Position numbers and translations under genes: made by a program
Source of the DNA: Candidatus Eremiobacteria bacterium
GTDB taxonomy: Bacteria; Vulcanimicrobiota; Vulcanimicrobiia; Vulcanimicrobiales; Vulcanimicrobiaceae
NCBI GenBank assembly: GCA_963758295.1
Contig: CAVWUU010000004.1
Location: 480,001 to 544,000 of the forward strand
Length of the DNA: 64,000 nt
Direction: 5' to 3'
The notes under the pieces: model-generated
What the model was told of the DNA's origin: nothing
Databases searched by the model: none
What the model saw: only the letters and a program-made list of their open reading frames with translations
Shown here: positions 1 to 10,123 of the stretch, in pieces
Position numbering within the stretch: the stretch's first letter is position 1
Layout of the letters: each line of letters begins with the position of its first letter

Positions 1-89
1 TCTATTGGTACCAGCTCTTATGGGTCATCGTGACCTCGGTGCTGCTTGGCGTCGTACTCATCGCGACGCGAGATCCGAAAGATGTCTAG
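1..89 (+). CDS. DUF3311-family small membrane protein, 3' part (truncated by window edge)
   Basis: Frame from nt 3 reads YWYQLLWVIVTSVLLGVVLIATRDPKDV*; it overlaps the start of the symporter gene, the usual DUF3311-SSS pairing. Confidence 0.7.
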   Translation, partial: YWYQLLWVIVTSVLLGVVLIATRDPKDV

Positions 90-1557
90 CGGCACGATTA
101 TTCTGATCGTTCTCGTCGCCGCCGTTACGGTGATGGGTTTTCTTGCAGCGCGCTGGGGCACAACCGGAAAGCTTAGTACGCTCGACGATTGGGCGTTAGG
201 CGGCCGGCGCTTCGGTACGGTTGTTTCATGGTTTCTGCTCGGCGGTGATTTGTACACTGCGTACACATTTATCGCCGTGCCTGCGCTGGTTTACGGCGTT
301 GGTGCGCTCGGCTTCTTTGCGGTTCCGTACGCGACTATTGCTTACCCGGTGGCGTTCGTTGTGCTGAGCCGCTTCTACGCAGTTGCGCGCGAGCGAGGCT
401 ACGTCACTTCGGCCGATTTCGTCCGCGAACGATTCGGCAGCCGTACCTTAGAGATCGCCGTCGCAATCACCGGCGTCCTTGCGGCCATGCCATACATTGC
501 GCTGCAGCTCGACGGCATGCAAGCGGTGTTCGCGCAAATCGGCGGCATCTTTTCCGGTGGCGGCGGCCTCGCCGCGCTCGCCATTTCATTCGTGCTGCTT
601 GCGGCTTATACGTACACGAGCGGTCTGCGCGCACCCGCGATGATCGCCTTCGTTAAGGATGCGCTGATCTACGTTACCGTTATTGCGGCGATCGTCGTGA
701 TTCCGGCTAAGCTCGGCGGATGGGCGCACATTTTTAGCGTGTCACAAGCGGCGCTCGCAGCAAAACCGAAGCCGGGCAACATTCTGCTCTCGCCTTCGCA
801 ATATTTTGCGTATGCCACGATGGCGTTCGGCTCGTCGCTGTCGCTTTTCATCTACCCGCATTCCATCACGAGCATTCTGGCGGCAAAGAGCCGCGCTGTA
901 ATCCGGCGAAATGCCGCGCTGCTTCCGGTGTATTCGTTGCTGCTGGGATTCTTGGCTCTGCTCGGGTACTGCGGCCTCGCGGCCGGTATCAAGACGACCA
1001 GTTCAAGCTCGGTGGTACCAATTTTGATCGCGCGATTCTTTCCCGACTGGTTCGCGGGCGTGGCGCAAGCAGCGATTGTAATTGGCGCATTGGTTCCGGC
1101 CGCCATTATGGCCATCGGCTCCGCGAATCTTTTTGCGAGTAACATTTTCAACCAGTACACCGTCGATCGCCGAAGCGGCGAAACACGAACTGCAAAGCTT
1201 TTGACGCTCGCATTTTGCGCGGTGGCCTTGCTAATCGTCTTGTTCGTCCCGGTTCAGTACGCCATTTACTTCCAGCTCCTCGGCGGCGCGTGGATGTTGC
1301 AAGTGTTTCCATCGTTTGTCTTCGGGTTGTATACGCGCTGGTTCAATCGCCGCGCATTACTCGCCGGTTGGTTCTGCGGGATGGCGGCGGCAACGCTTAT
1401 GGCTGTATCGACCGGATTCAATCCCAATATCACGGCGCATGCCGGCGGTTTTACCGTCACAGGCTTTATCGCGCTCTACGCGCTCGCAATCAATCTCGCA
1501 ATTTCCGCAATCGGGACGCTCGCGTTAGGTGGCAATCGTGAAGTTCGTCAATCCTGA
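82..1557 (+). CDS. Sodium:solute symporter (MctP-like monocarboxylate permease)
   Basis: Many TM segments; WALGGRRFG, WFLLGGDLYTAYTF and YIALQL motifs; ATG at 82. Confidence 0.9.
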   Translation: MSSGTIILIVLVAAVTVMGFLAARWGTTGKLSTLDDWALGGRRFGTVVSWFLLGGDLYTAYTFIAVPALVYGVGALGFFAVPYATIAYPVAFVVLSRFYAVARERGYVTSADFVRERFGSRTLEIAVAITGVLAAMPYIALQLDGMQAVFAQIGGIFSGGGGLAALAISFVLLAAYTYTSGLRAPAMIAFVKDALIYVTVIAAIVVIPAKLGGWAHIFSVSQAALAAKPKPGNILLSPSQYFAYATMAFGSSLSLFIYPHSITSILAAKSRAVIRRNAALLPVYSLLLGFLALLGYCGLAAGIKTTSSSSVVPILIARFFPDWFAGVAQAAIVIGALVPAAIMAIGSANLFASNIFNQYTVDRRSGETRTAKLLTLAFCAVALLIVLFVPVQYAIYFQLLGGAWMLQVFPSFVFGLYTRWFNRRALLAGWFCGMAAATLMAVSTGFNPNITAHAGGFTVTGFIALYALAINLAISAIGTLALGGNREVRQS

Positions 1558-1927
1558 ATCTTGGCCGCGCCCCAAAGGCTACTCAAACGGCGTCCTTGCC
1601 GAAGGGCGCTTCTTGGCGATCGCGGGGCAGATCGGCTGGAACGAACGCGGGGAATTCGTCTCCGGCGATTTTGTTGCACAAGCAAGACAGGCGCTGCGCA
1701 ACATCGTTGCCATCCTGACGACCGCAGGCGCTGCGCCGGAACACGTCGTGCGCATGACGTGGTACGTCACCGACAAACGACAATATCTCGCTGCATCGCC
1801 GGACTTAGGTAGAATGTATCGCGAAGTGTTCGGAGCGCACTACCCCGCGATGACACTCGTCGTGGTCGCAGGTCTCCTTGAAGACCGGGCCGTGGTGGAA
1901 ATCGAGGCGACTGCCGTTCTGCCGTAA
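1538..1927 (+). CDS. RidA/YjgF family protein
   Basis: PKGYSNG, AGQIGW and HYPAMTLV...VEIEATA motifs. Confidence 0.9.
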   Translation: MKFVNPESWPRPKGYSNGVLAEGRFLAIAGQIGWNERGEFVSGDFVAQARQALRNIVAILTTAGAAPEHVVRMTWYVTDKRQYLAASPDLGRMYREVFGAHYPAMTLVVVAGLLEDRAVVEIEATAVLP

Positions 1928-1931
1928 GATC

Positions 1932-2735
1932 TCACGCGTGCGTGCGGTTTAGTCTGTCGCCGAATTCGAGCAAAAGTGGTTCACCCGAGTCCGACATGAA
2001 CGCAATCGGCAGGCCTTGGGCCACGCCCGGGTCGGCGAAGGCCGTTTTCTGCGCGTGGATGTGAAGATGCGATTGCGACGTGTTGCCGGAGTTCCCGCAA
2101 AGGGCGATTTCGTCGCCCGCTGACACAGGCGCGCCGGGGCGAACGCAAATGGAACCTCGCTTCAAATGCGCGAGAATGATGTAGCCGCGCGGCGTTTCGA
2201 TGGATACATAGTTGCCGAAGGGACGTCTTCTTTCGCGGTGCTTTGCGGTGGGCGCCGCATCGTCATAGCGGTCTTCCACGTGCGCGATCATTCCGCGGCA
2301 AGGCGCAAGGATGGGCTGTTCCCAGGACGGTCCTTCGTCGTTGAGAAAGTCGTAAGCGAAGTATTGATCGATGACGACCTGATGGTGATTGTGGCGCGGG
2401 TCCGGTCCCCCGGCGACAACCCGCCATCGTCCGTTGAACGGGGGTTGCAACACGATTGCATCAGCGGCCCGGGCGATCCAGCGCGTTGCGTCGTTCTGCC
2501 GGTCGATCCACGCCCACACGCCAATGGCAATCGCGCCTATGAAAGCAGCGCAGTAAGCGAAGAACCTTGCTTGGGGATAAACCACGTCCGCAAAGCCGCC
2601 TATGACGGCAACAAAGATCGTCCCCCAAAGCGCCCGCTGCTGCACTGACCCGAAGCGCACAACCAAGCTGACGGCGATTACGCTCGCGATGTAAAGGACG
2701 AAAACGCCCCAAACGACGCTATTCGACAGATGCAC
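1932..2735 (-). CDS. M23-family peptidase with N-terminal membrane segments
   Basis: GNYVSI...LAHL...GNSGNTSQSHLHIH; start GTG 2735 inferred. Confidence 0.75.
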   Translation of the reverse strand: MHLSNSVVWGVFVLYIASVIAVSLVVRFGSVQQRALWGTIFVAVIGGFADVVYPQARFFAYCAAFIGAIAIGVWAWIDRQNDATRWIARAADAIVLQPPFNGRWRVVAGGPDPRHNHHQVVIDQYFAYDFLNDEGPSWEQPILAPCRGMIAHVEDRYDDAAPTAKHRERRRPFGNYVSIETPRGYIILAHLKRGSICVRPGAPVSAGDEIALCGNSGNTSQSHLHIHAQKTAFADPGVAQGLPIAFMSDSGEPLLLEFGDRLNRTHA

Positions 2736-4344
2736 GTTGGCGAAGTTTAAAGCGCTGCACCTTACCCGTTTCGGTGCGCGGAAGCTCCGCGACGAATTCG
2801 ATTTCCCGCGGTGCCTTGAACGGTGCGATGATCCGCTTGCAGTGTTCGCGTAGCTCTTCGGATTTGGGATCACCGGCGAGCGCCGCATTAACGAGAACCA
2901 CGTAGGCTTTTACGATGTGGGTATCGTGCTGCGGATCCGGTTTCGCCACGACGGCGCATTCGCGAACCTCGGCATGCGTAAGCAGTGCCTGCTCGACTTC
3001 CGGACCGGAAATATTGTAGCCGGCCGAAACAATCATGTCGTCCGTGCGCGCGACGTAGTAAAAATACCCTTCTTCATCCATCCGATACGCATCACCCGGA
3101 TAGTTCCAACCGCTCCGGACGTAAGAAGATTGTCGGGCATCGTCAAGATACTTACAGCCCGTCGGGCCCCTAACGGCCAAACGGCCGACCTCACCGAAGG
3201 GCAATGTATTTCCGTCGTCGTCATGAATTTCAGCGTAATACCCGGGAACGGCGCGCCCGGTGGAACCGGCCTTCACCTCGTCGACGTCACTTCCGATGAA
3301 GATGTGCAGCATTTCGGTGCTTCCGATGCCATCGATGATCTTTATACCGGTCGCGTCGTGAAAGGCTTCCCACACCGGTTTCGGTAGCGTCTCCCCTGCG
3401 GAGACGCACGTATGCAGCGTCGACACATCGTATTTCGACGCTAGCGTCGCGATCGTCCGGTACGCAATCGGCGCGGTAAAAACGGTGGTGACGCCGAACT
3501 CCGCAATATTCCGCAACAGCTCTTCCGGGCCGGCTTTTTCGAGCAACAGCGTCGCAGCACCGGCATGAAGCGGAAAGAGCAGCAGGCCGCCCAAGCCGAA
3601 CGTAAACGCGAGCGGCGGACTGCCGCAGAACAAGTCATCGTGTTTCGGCTTGAGCACGCGCTTGCCGAACGTATCGCACGTAGCCAAGATGTCACGATGG
3701 AAGTGCATCGCGGCTTTCGGCGTGCCGGTCGTGCCCGACGTGAACGCGATAATGGCGACGTCTTGCGCGCCCGTCTGCACGCTCTCGAAGTGCGACGGTT
3801 TAGACGCCATCCGTGTCTCCAAACCATCTGCCGCATCGCTTCGAAAATGAACGGTCGCGATATCGACGTTGCCCGAGCAGGCCATGCCTAATTCGTCTGA
3901 CAGACGCGCGTCGCAAAGCGCGACGGTCACTTTTGCTTTCTCGATCATATGCCGCAATTCGTTCGCCCGATAGAGCGGCATGGTGGTAACGGCAACAGCG
4001 CCGGCTTTGAGCACGGCGAACCAGCACGCTGCCAGCATCGGCGAATTCGCGCCGCGAAGCAGAACCCGTGCTCCGGGAACGACGCCAAGGTCTTCTACAA
4101 GAACGCCGGCAATGCGATTCGAGGTCTCATACAGATCCTGATAAGTCCAATCGATGCCGCCCGGTGCCACGATACACCGGCGAGCGCCGTTGCCTTCGTG
4201 CACGTGACGGTCGAGCAGCCATTGCGCAGCGTTCAACTTATCCGAATAGTGGAGGTCGGGCAGATCGAACAGAAACTCGGGCATTGACTCCGCCGGGGGT
4301 AAGTGCTCCTCCGCGAAGCGGTCGACGTGTCCGCTAAACGCCAC
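2719..4344 (-). CDS. abmG: 2-aminobenzoate/benzoate-CoA ligase (AMP-binding)
   Basis: [20 protein letters not shown] and DGIGSTEM motifs; context with abmA-like gene. Confidence 0.8.
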   Translation of the reverse strand: MAFSGHVDRFAEEHLPPAESMPEFLFDLPDLHYSDKLNAAQWLLDRHVHEGNGARRCIVAPGGIDWTYQDLYETSNRIAGVLVEDLGVVPGARVLLRGANSPMLAACWFAVLKAGAVAVTTMPLYRANELRHMIEKAKVTVALCDARLSDELGMACSGNVDIATVHFRSDAADGLETRMASKPSHFESVQTGAQDVAIIAFTSGTTGTPKAAMHFHRDILATCDTFGKRVLKPKHDDLFCGSPPLAFTFGLGGLLLFPLHAGAATLLLEKAGPEELLRNIAEFGVTTVFTAPIAYRTIATLASKYDVSTLHTCVSAGETLPKPVWEAFHDATGIKIIDGIGSTEMLHIFIGSDVDEVKAGSTGRAVPGYYAEIHDDDGNTLPFGEVGRLAVRGPTGCKYLDDARQSSYVRSGWNYPGDAYRMDEEGYFYYVARTDDMIVSAGYNISGPEVEQALLTHAEVRECAVVAKPDPQHDTHIVKAYVVLVNAALAGDPKSEELREHCKRIIAPFKAPREIEFVAELPRTETGKVQRFKLRQRASVE

Positions 4345-5497
4345 GTTGCTCCTCCAATGTCTGCCGAGCAATGACGAGTTCTTGAATTTCGCTTGCGCCT
4401 TCGTATATGCGAAGAGCGCGTACGTCGCGATAGAGCCGCTCGACGACCTCGCCTCGCGTCACGCCCCGGCCTCCGAAGAGCTGCACCGCCCGGTCGCAAA
4501 TGCGGCCTGCGGTTTCCGTAGCAAAAAGCTTCGCCATCGCCGCTTCACGAGTGATTCGCGCCGCGCCGGTATCTTTTTGCCAGGCCGCCCGATAAACGAG
4601 CAGCGCACTCGCATCGATGCCCGTCGCCATCTTCGCAATCGCCGCTTGCGTCAGTTGGAGCGCCGCGAGCGGCGCGCCGAACAGCGTGCGACTTGCGGTG
4701 TGCTCGAGCGTTTCTTTCATCGCGCGGCGGGCAAAGCCGAGCGCTGCGGCGCCGACCGTACTGCGAAAGACATCTAAGGTAGCCATGGCGATCTTGAATC
4801 CTTGCCCCTCGTCGCCAAGCCGTTGGGTCTTTGGAATTCGGCAATTGCTAAACCGAAGCGTTCCGAGCGGATGCGGCGAGATAGTGTCGATGCGATCGAC
4901 CACTTCGAGGCCCGGATGATATGCGTCGACGACGAAGGCACTCAGGCCCCGCGCGCCTTCCGGTGACGTCCGCGCGAACACGACGTAGAAATCGGCAATT
5001 CCGGCATTTGAAATCCACGTCTTGTCGCCGTCAAGCACGTAGGCGTCGGCGTCGGCTTTCGCCGTCATCGCTAGAGCGGCAACATCGGAGCCGGCCTCGC
5101 GCTCCGAGAGCGCAAACGCCGCAATCGCATCGCCGGCAGCGACTGCCGGCAGGTACTGCGCTTTCATCTCGCTGGACCCAAAGAGCGTAATTGCGCCGCT
5201 TCCAAGGCCTTGCATCGCAAATGCAAAGTCGGCCAGCGCCGAACGATAGGCGAGTGTTTCACGCGCCAAGCACAACGTGCGAACGTCAAGCGTATCGCGC
5301 AAACCGCCATACGCCTTGGGGATACATGCCCGCAGCCAGCCGCCGTCGCCCAGCTCGCGCACCCAAGTTTGGGTGCTGCTATCGGCGTCTTCTTCGTCGT
5401 CGGAGACGGTCGTGCGATTCGTCCAGGCGTCGAGCGAAACCGCGAACTCACGGTGTTCCGGGCCGAAGAACGGCCACGCTAAATCCCGTTCGTTCAT
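4334..5497 (-). CDS. Acyl-CoA dehydrogenase
   Basis: [20 protein letters not shown] and [10 protein letters not shown] motifs. Confidence 0.9.
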   Translation of the reverse strand: MNERDLAWPFFGPEHREFAVSLDAWTNRTTVSDDEEDADSSTQTWVRELGDGGWLRACIPKAYGGLRDTLDVRTLCLARETLAYRSALADFAFAMQGLGSGAITLFGSSEMKAQYLPAVAAGDAIAAFALSEREAGSDVAALAMTAKADADAYVLDGDKTWISNAGIADFYVVFARTSPEGARGLSAFVVDAYHPGLEVVDRIDTISPHPLGTLRFSNCRIPKTQRLGDEGQGFKIAMATLDVFRSTVGAAALGFARRAMKETLEHTASRTLFGAPLAALQLTQAAIAKMATGIDASALLVYRAAWQKDTGAARITREAAMAKLFATETAGRICDRAVQLFGGRGVTRGEVVERLYRDVRALRIYEGASEIQELVIARQTLEEQRGV

Positions 5498-5501
5498 CCT
5501 T

Positions 5502-6290
5502 CTAGTTCCCTTCGAACCGCGGCTCTTGTTTTGCGACGAACGCTTCGTACGCGCGGCGGAAGTCTTGCGTCTCCATGCATACTGCCTGCGCTTGCGCCTC
5601 GGCATCGATCGCTGCGTCGAGCGGCATCGCCCATTCTTCGTGCAGCATCTTCTTCGTCATCGCATGGGCAAACGTGGGTCCGTGCGCCAAAGTCCTGGCC
5701 ATCTCGACGGCCCGATACTTCACGTCCCCGGGATCGCAAAGATCGTTGTAAAAGCCCCAGTCGAACGCTTGCGTTCCGCTCATCACGCGGCCCGTATACA
5801 GCAGTTCCGACGCGCGCCCGAGCCCAATGATTCGCGGCAACATCGCGCACGCGCCCATATCGCAGCCGGCTAGACCCACACGCACGAAAAGAAACGCCAC
5901 CTTGGAACGCGCCGTTCCGAAACGCAGATCCGACGCCATGGCGAGGATCGCTCCTGCACCCCCGCACACCCCGTCGACCGAGGCGACAATGGGTTGCGGT
6001 GCAGCGCGCATCGCCTTCACTAAATCGCCCGTCATTTGCGTGAACTCGCGCAGCTGGTCCGCGGTGCTTTCGGTGAGCGGGCCAATGATGTCCCGCACGT
6101 CGCCGCCGGAGCAAAAATTCTCCCCTTCGCCGGCGAGGACGACGGCTTTAATGTCGTCGCGAGCGTGCAAAGCCCGGAACCAATCGCGCAATTCGGCGTA
6201 GAGCTCGAACGTGAGAGGGTTCTTTCGTTCGGGCCGATCCAACGTTACCGTCGCGACGCGATCGGCAATCTCGTAGTGAGCTTTCGTCAT
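5502..6290 (-). CDS. Enoyl-CoA hydratase family protein
   Basis: FCSGGDV and [12 protein letters not shown] crotonase motifs. Confidence 0.9.
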   Translation of the reverse strand: MTKAHYEIADRVATVTLDRPERKNPLTFELYAELRDWFRALHARDDIKAVVLAGEGENFCSGGDVRDIIGPLTESTADQLREFTQMTGDLVKAMRAAPQPIVASVDGVCGGAGAILAMASDLRFGTARSKVAFLFVRVGLAGCDMGACAMLPRIIGLGRASELLYTGRVMSGTQAFDWGFYNDLCDPGDVKYRAVEMARTLAHGPTFAHAMTKKMLHEEWAMPLDAAIDAEAQAQAVCMETQDFRRAYEAFVAKQEPRFEGN

Positions 6291-6296
6291 AGGACG

Positions 6297-6719
6297 CTAT
6301 CGAATCTGGAACGGAAGATCTTCTTCCGTTTCTGCGCCGGCGGTATTTCGCGCAATCACGCGCAAATCGTAACCCCTAATGAAGATCGAGGGCAGATCGA
6401 AGACGTCGACTCTAAAGGCGAAGTGCCCGAAATCGCGGCGTCGCGCATTGATCGAAAAGAGATTGTTTCTTACCTCTACGCTCGCGACGTTGGTGCTGGT
6501 ATCGATCTTTCCTTCCCAAGTGCTTGCACGTCTTACGTCGAGCGAATTAAACCACATCGCCTGAATCTTCGGTGCCGCCGCATTCGGAAGCGCGAGCGCA
6601 CGAACCGCCGGTACGGGCCTTCCAACCCGCGCATTTGGGGGCGGCGGTGGAGCACCGGAGCTGCATGCGCCAAGAGCACCGGCAAGAACGAGCAAAAGCA
6701 CGCGCGGCCATCGATTCAT
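6297..6719 (-). CDS. Hypothetical lipoprotein
   Basis: MNRWPRVLLLVLAGALGAC lipobox followed by Pro-rich linker. Confidence 0.65.
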   Translation of the reverse strand: MNRWPRVLLLVLAGALGACSSGAPPPPPNARVGRPVPAVRALALPNAAAPKIQAMWFNSLDVRRASTWEGKIDTSTNVASVEVRNNLFSINARRRDFGHFAFRVDVFDLPSIFIRGYDLRVIARNTAGAETEEDLPFQIR

Positions 6720-6793
6720 TAGGAGAAATGGTCGGCAGCGCGGCTGGGCGATTCCTGCCTCCCGCGAACAGGGCGCCCACAAAGCATGCTCGT

Positions 6794-7822
6794 ATGGCAC
6801 GCACCATGACGCGACTTGCTTCCCGCAGCTTAGCGTTCGACTACGCCGTGGGCATCTGCAGCGTCTGGATTTCCGCCGGATTTTTCCTCGATGCGTGGGC
6901 GCACGGCCACGTTCCGGTCGAATCGTTTTTCACGCCGTATCACGGCGTCTTCTACTCGGGCATGCTCGCGATGGTGGCGGTACTTGCCGCCTTCTGGCTG
7001 CGTCATCGTGCCCTACCTCCCGGCTACCGCTTCGCCCTGCTCGGCATTCCGGTCTTTCTTCTTGCGGGAATCGGAGACATGTGTTGGCATCTTTTGCTTG
7101 GGATCGAAGAAGGCGTCGACGCACTGTTGAGCCCAACGCATCAATGTCTCGGCCTGGGAATTTTCATCCTCGCGTCCGGTCCGATTCGCTCGGTCATCCA
7201 CGACCGCTTGAACTCGACGACGTTCGGCAAGCAGTTTCCGCTCGTCTTGGGCCTTTCCACGTGGCTCATCCTCGTGCATTTCGGAACCGCGTACGCCTTC
7301 GATCCCGGAGCGGGACGAACGAACGCGCCCCCCGTTGCCGACGCGATGTCGCAGCAATATCTCACGGCGCTCGCGATCGGCTATTACAAAATTTCCATCG
7401 GCGTACTCATCGCCATCTTTCAAGCCATCATGATGACCGCGTTTGCCCTGTGGACGGTCGGCCGGATCCGCCTGCGCCCGGGCTGTTTCACGCTGTTCTA
7501 TCTGATCGGCAACGTCCCGGCCGCTGCGGCATTCACAAATCACACACCGCTGCTCGGCGTAACGCTAGTGCAGTCGCTGGCAGCGGGCATTGTCGCCGAC
7601 TGGCTTGTCTCGCGCTATGACGTGCAACCGGAACTTCCGAAATGGTACCGGATCTTTGCCGTTGCCGTTCCTCTCGCATACATGGGAGCCTATTTGCTGG
7701 GAACGTTGAGTGCCGACGGCCTATGGTGGGATTGGAATGAGGCACTCGGCGCTTGGATGTGGTGCGGCGTCGTGGGCTTCGCTTTAAGTTTGATTGGGAC
7801 GGCTCGCCGAACGCCGGCATGA
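6794..7822 (+). CDS. Multi-pass membrane protein with conserved His (DAWAH, FFTPYH, LLSPTH)
   Basis: Hydrophobic ORF; ATGA overlap with next gene. Confidence 0.75.
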   Translation: MARTMTRLASRSLAFDYAVGICSVWISAGFFLDAWAHGHVPVESFFTPYHGVFYSGMLAMVAVLAAFWLRHRALPPGYRFALLGIPVFLLAGIGDMCWHLLLGIEEGVDALLSPTHQCLGLGIFILASGPIRSVIHDRLNSTTFGKQFPLVLGLSTWLILVHFGTAYAFDPGAGRTNAPPVADAMSQQYLTALAIGYYKISIGVLIAIFQAIMMTAFALWTVGRIRLRPGCFTLFYLIGNVPAAAAFTNHTPLLGVTLVQSLAAGIVADWLVSRYDVQPELPKWYRIFAVAVPLAYMGAYLLGTLSADGLWWDWNEALGAWMWCGVVGFALSLIGTARRTPA

Positions 7823-9345
7823 TCCAGCTGCTCGTCGCGCTCGGCACGCTTGCGCTGCACGTTGCTACGGCGTGGCGTTACGGCTATTTCCGCGACGAAC
7901 TGTACTTCATCGCATGTTCCAAACATCTCACGTGGGGGTACGTCGATCAGCCGCCGCTTGTGGCGGTTGCCGCGCTGCTTGCCGCACCGTTCCACTACGA
8001 TTTGATCGCGCTGCGATTATTGCCCGCTATCGCCGCGGCGCTGACGCCGGTCATCGGCATGCAGATTGTAAAAGAGCTCGGCGGAGGGAAATTCGCGCAG
8101 CTCCTCGCCGGCGTTTCGATCGCCCTCCTGCCCGCGTATTTGCTCCTTGGGAACGTGCTTACGACGACGTCTTTCGAGGGACTGTCGTGGACGCTCGCGA
8201 TCTGGTGCGTGATAAGGATCGTTTGCGCTGAAGATCGCGGGAGGTCGTTTTGGTGGATCGCCGTTGGCGTCGCGGTTGCTTTCGGTCTTTACGGGAAATA
8301 CTCGATGGGACTCTTAGTCGTTGCGTTACTTGGCGGGCTCCTTGCGATGCCGCAGCGCCGATTACTATTCGGTTGGCACTTGGCGCTTGCGGCTTTGATT
8401 GTGTTTGCATTGATCGCGCCGAATCTTTTTTGGCAGGCGCGGCACGGGTGGCCCTTCTTCGAAGTCCTTCAAGGTGATGCTGCGCATAGGCATGCTTTTA
8501 ACACCGGCCTTACGCTTGAGTATCAAAGTTTCTTTCCGAACTTCATCGCTTTCGCGGGGGAACAGCTGCTGTATACCAACCCGATTGCGGTTCCGGTATG
8601 GATAGCGGGCCTGGTTGCGCCGTTCGCATGGCGCAATTTGCGCGATCTGCGATTCCTTAGCATCGCTTACTTCGCGCTTTTCTTGCTCGCGGTACTGCTC
8701 GAAGCCAAAGGGTACTACATCATCGGGATTTACGGCGCGCTACTCGCGACGGGCGCCGTGGCCGTGGAGCGAGCGGCTGCGAGACTTCGTTGGTCTCTCC
8801 TTGCAGCGATTGCCGCCGTTGCCGTTGTAACGCTGCCGCTTTCGATTCCCGTATTGTCTTTGCGGCAGTTCATCGGTTACAGCGCGGCGCTCGGAATGAC
8901 GGGCCGAAACGGCGAACCGGCTCGCCTCGTACAGCCGCTCTATGCCGAAGAATTCGGATGGGACCGCCTCGCGCGAGATGTGGCATCGTTTTACAACGCG
9001 CTTGCGCCCGGGACGCGCGGCCTTACGGCAATCTACGCCGATACTTATGCCGACGCGGGCGCCATCGATTTTTTCGGTCCGAGATACCATTTACCGCCGG
9101 CAATCGGCAGCCAAAACACCTATTGGCTTTGGGGTCCACGCGGATACGACGGAAAGACGCTAATAGCCATCGGTGCAACTCGTATCGGTTTATTGCGCAA
9201 ATACTATCGAAGCGTGCAGCTGATCCGAACTTCCAACGAACCGCTCAAGTGGGCCGTCGAGGGACCATCACCCATTTATCTGTGTAGCGATCCCATCATG
9301 CCGTTCGACCGCATTTGGCAACAATTACGTTGGTACGGTGCCTAA
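7819..9345 (+). CDS. GT39/ArnT-like membrane glycosyltransferase
   Basis: YFRDELYF...WGYVDQPPL motif; many TM segments. Confidence 0.85.
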   Translation: MIQLLVALGTLALHVATAWRYGYFRDELYFIACSKHLTWGYVDQPPLVAVAALLAAPFHYDLIALRLLPAIAAALTPVIGMQIVKELGGGKFAQLLAGVSIALLPAYLLLGNVLTTTSFEGLSWTLAIWCVIRIVCAEDRGRSFWWIAVGVAVAFGLYGKYSMGLLVVALLGGLLAMPQRRLLFGWHLALAALIVFALIAPNLFWQARHGWPFFEVLQGDAAHRHAFNTGLTLEYQSFFPNFIAFAGEQLLYTNPIAVPVWIAGLVAPFAWRNLRDLRFLSIAYFALFLLAVLLEAKGYYIIGIYGALLATGAVAVERAAARLRWSLLAAIAAVAVVTLPLSIPVLSLRQFIGYSAALGMTGRNGEPARLVQPLYAEEFGWDRLARDVASFYNALAPGTRGLTAIYADTYADAGAIDFFGPRYHLPPAIGSQNTYWLWGPRGYDGKTLIAIGATRIGLLRKYYRSVQLIRTSNEPLKWAVEGPSPIYLCSDPIMPFDRIWQQLRWYGA

Positions 9346-9376
9346 CTGGGTGTTTAGGAACGCCGCAAAGGTGACA

Positions 9377-10123
9377 TTAAGCGACGGCTAAGCCTGGAAC
9401 GACGAGCGAAACACCGTTGCGGGTGCCGCAGATAAGGTCCAGTGCGGCGCCGGCGACTTCTTCTACGGTCGCCAAGCGACCACCGGGATTCATTTCTGCT
9501 AGAGTTGAGCGCGCCTGTTCTTCGGTTGCGCCGGTGTGCTTGCAAATTTTGTCGATCGCCTGATGCATCATGTCGGTTTCCGTGTAGCCAGGGCAAATGG
9601 CATTCGCGGTGATTCCGTTTTCCGCGAATTCCGCCGCGAGCGCGCGGGTTAAGCCGATGACGCCGTGCTTACTTGCGGTATAGGCGCAAATGTACGGAGC
9701 GCCCATCAATCCCGCAATGCTCGCGACGTTGAGGATGCGTCCCCATTTCCCGGCGAGCATGTCAGCTGCGGCAAGCCGCGAGCACAAAAACGCGCCGGTC
9801 ATATTCGTTGCGACGATCTTGTCCCACAATTCCTTTGACGTGCGAAGAAGCGGCGCCGAATCCGAGATGCCGGAGTTGTTGACAAGAATCTCAACGGGGC
9901 CATTGATTTTGCGGCACGCATTAAATGCTTCTTGAACCTGCCCTTCGTCCGTTACGTCGGCCGCGGCGGTGACGCATCCTTCGCGTACGCCCGGATGGCG
10001 GCTGATGATGCTGACCCGCGCGCCGTGTGCCGCCAAGGCGTCGGCGATGCCCCGTCCGATTCCGCGCGCGCCACCCGTGACGACGGCGTGTTTGCCGTTC
10101 AGAACCGAAGCATCAAATGGCAT
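9377..10123 (-). CDS. SDR family oxidoreductase
   Basis: [12 protein letters not shown] and YTASK motifs. Confidence 0.9.
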   Translation of the reverse strand: MPFDASVLNGKHAVVTGGARGIGRGIADALAAHGARVSIISRHPGVREGCVTAAADVTDEGQVQEAFNACRKINGPVEILVNNSGISDSAPLLRTSKELWDKIVATNMTGAFLCSRLAAADMLAGKWGRILNVASIAGLMGAPYICAYTASKHGVIGLTRALAAEFAENGITANAICPGYTETDMMHQAIDKICKHTGATEEQARSTLAEMNPGGRLATVEEVAGAALDLICGTRNGVSLVVPGLAVA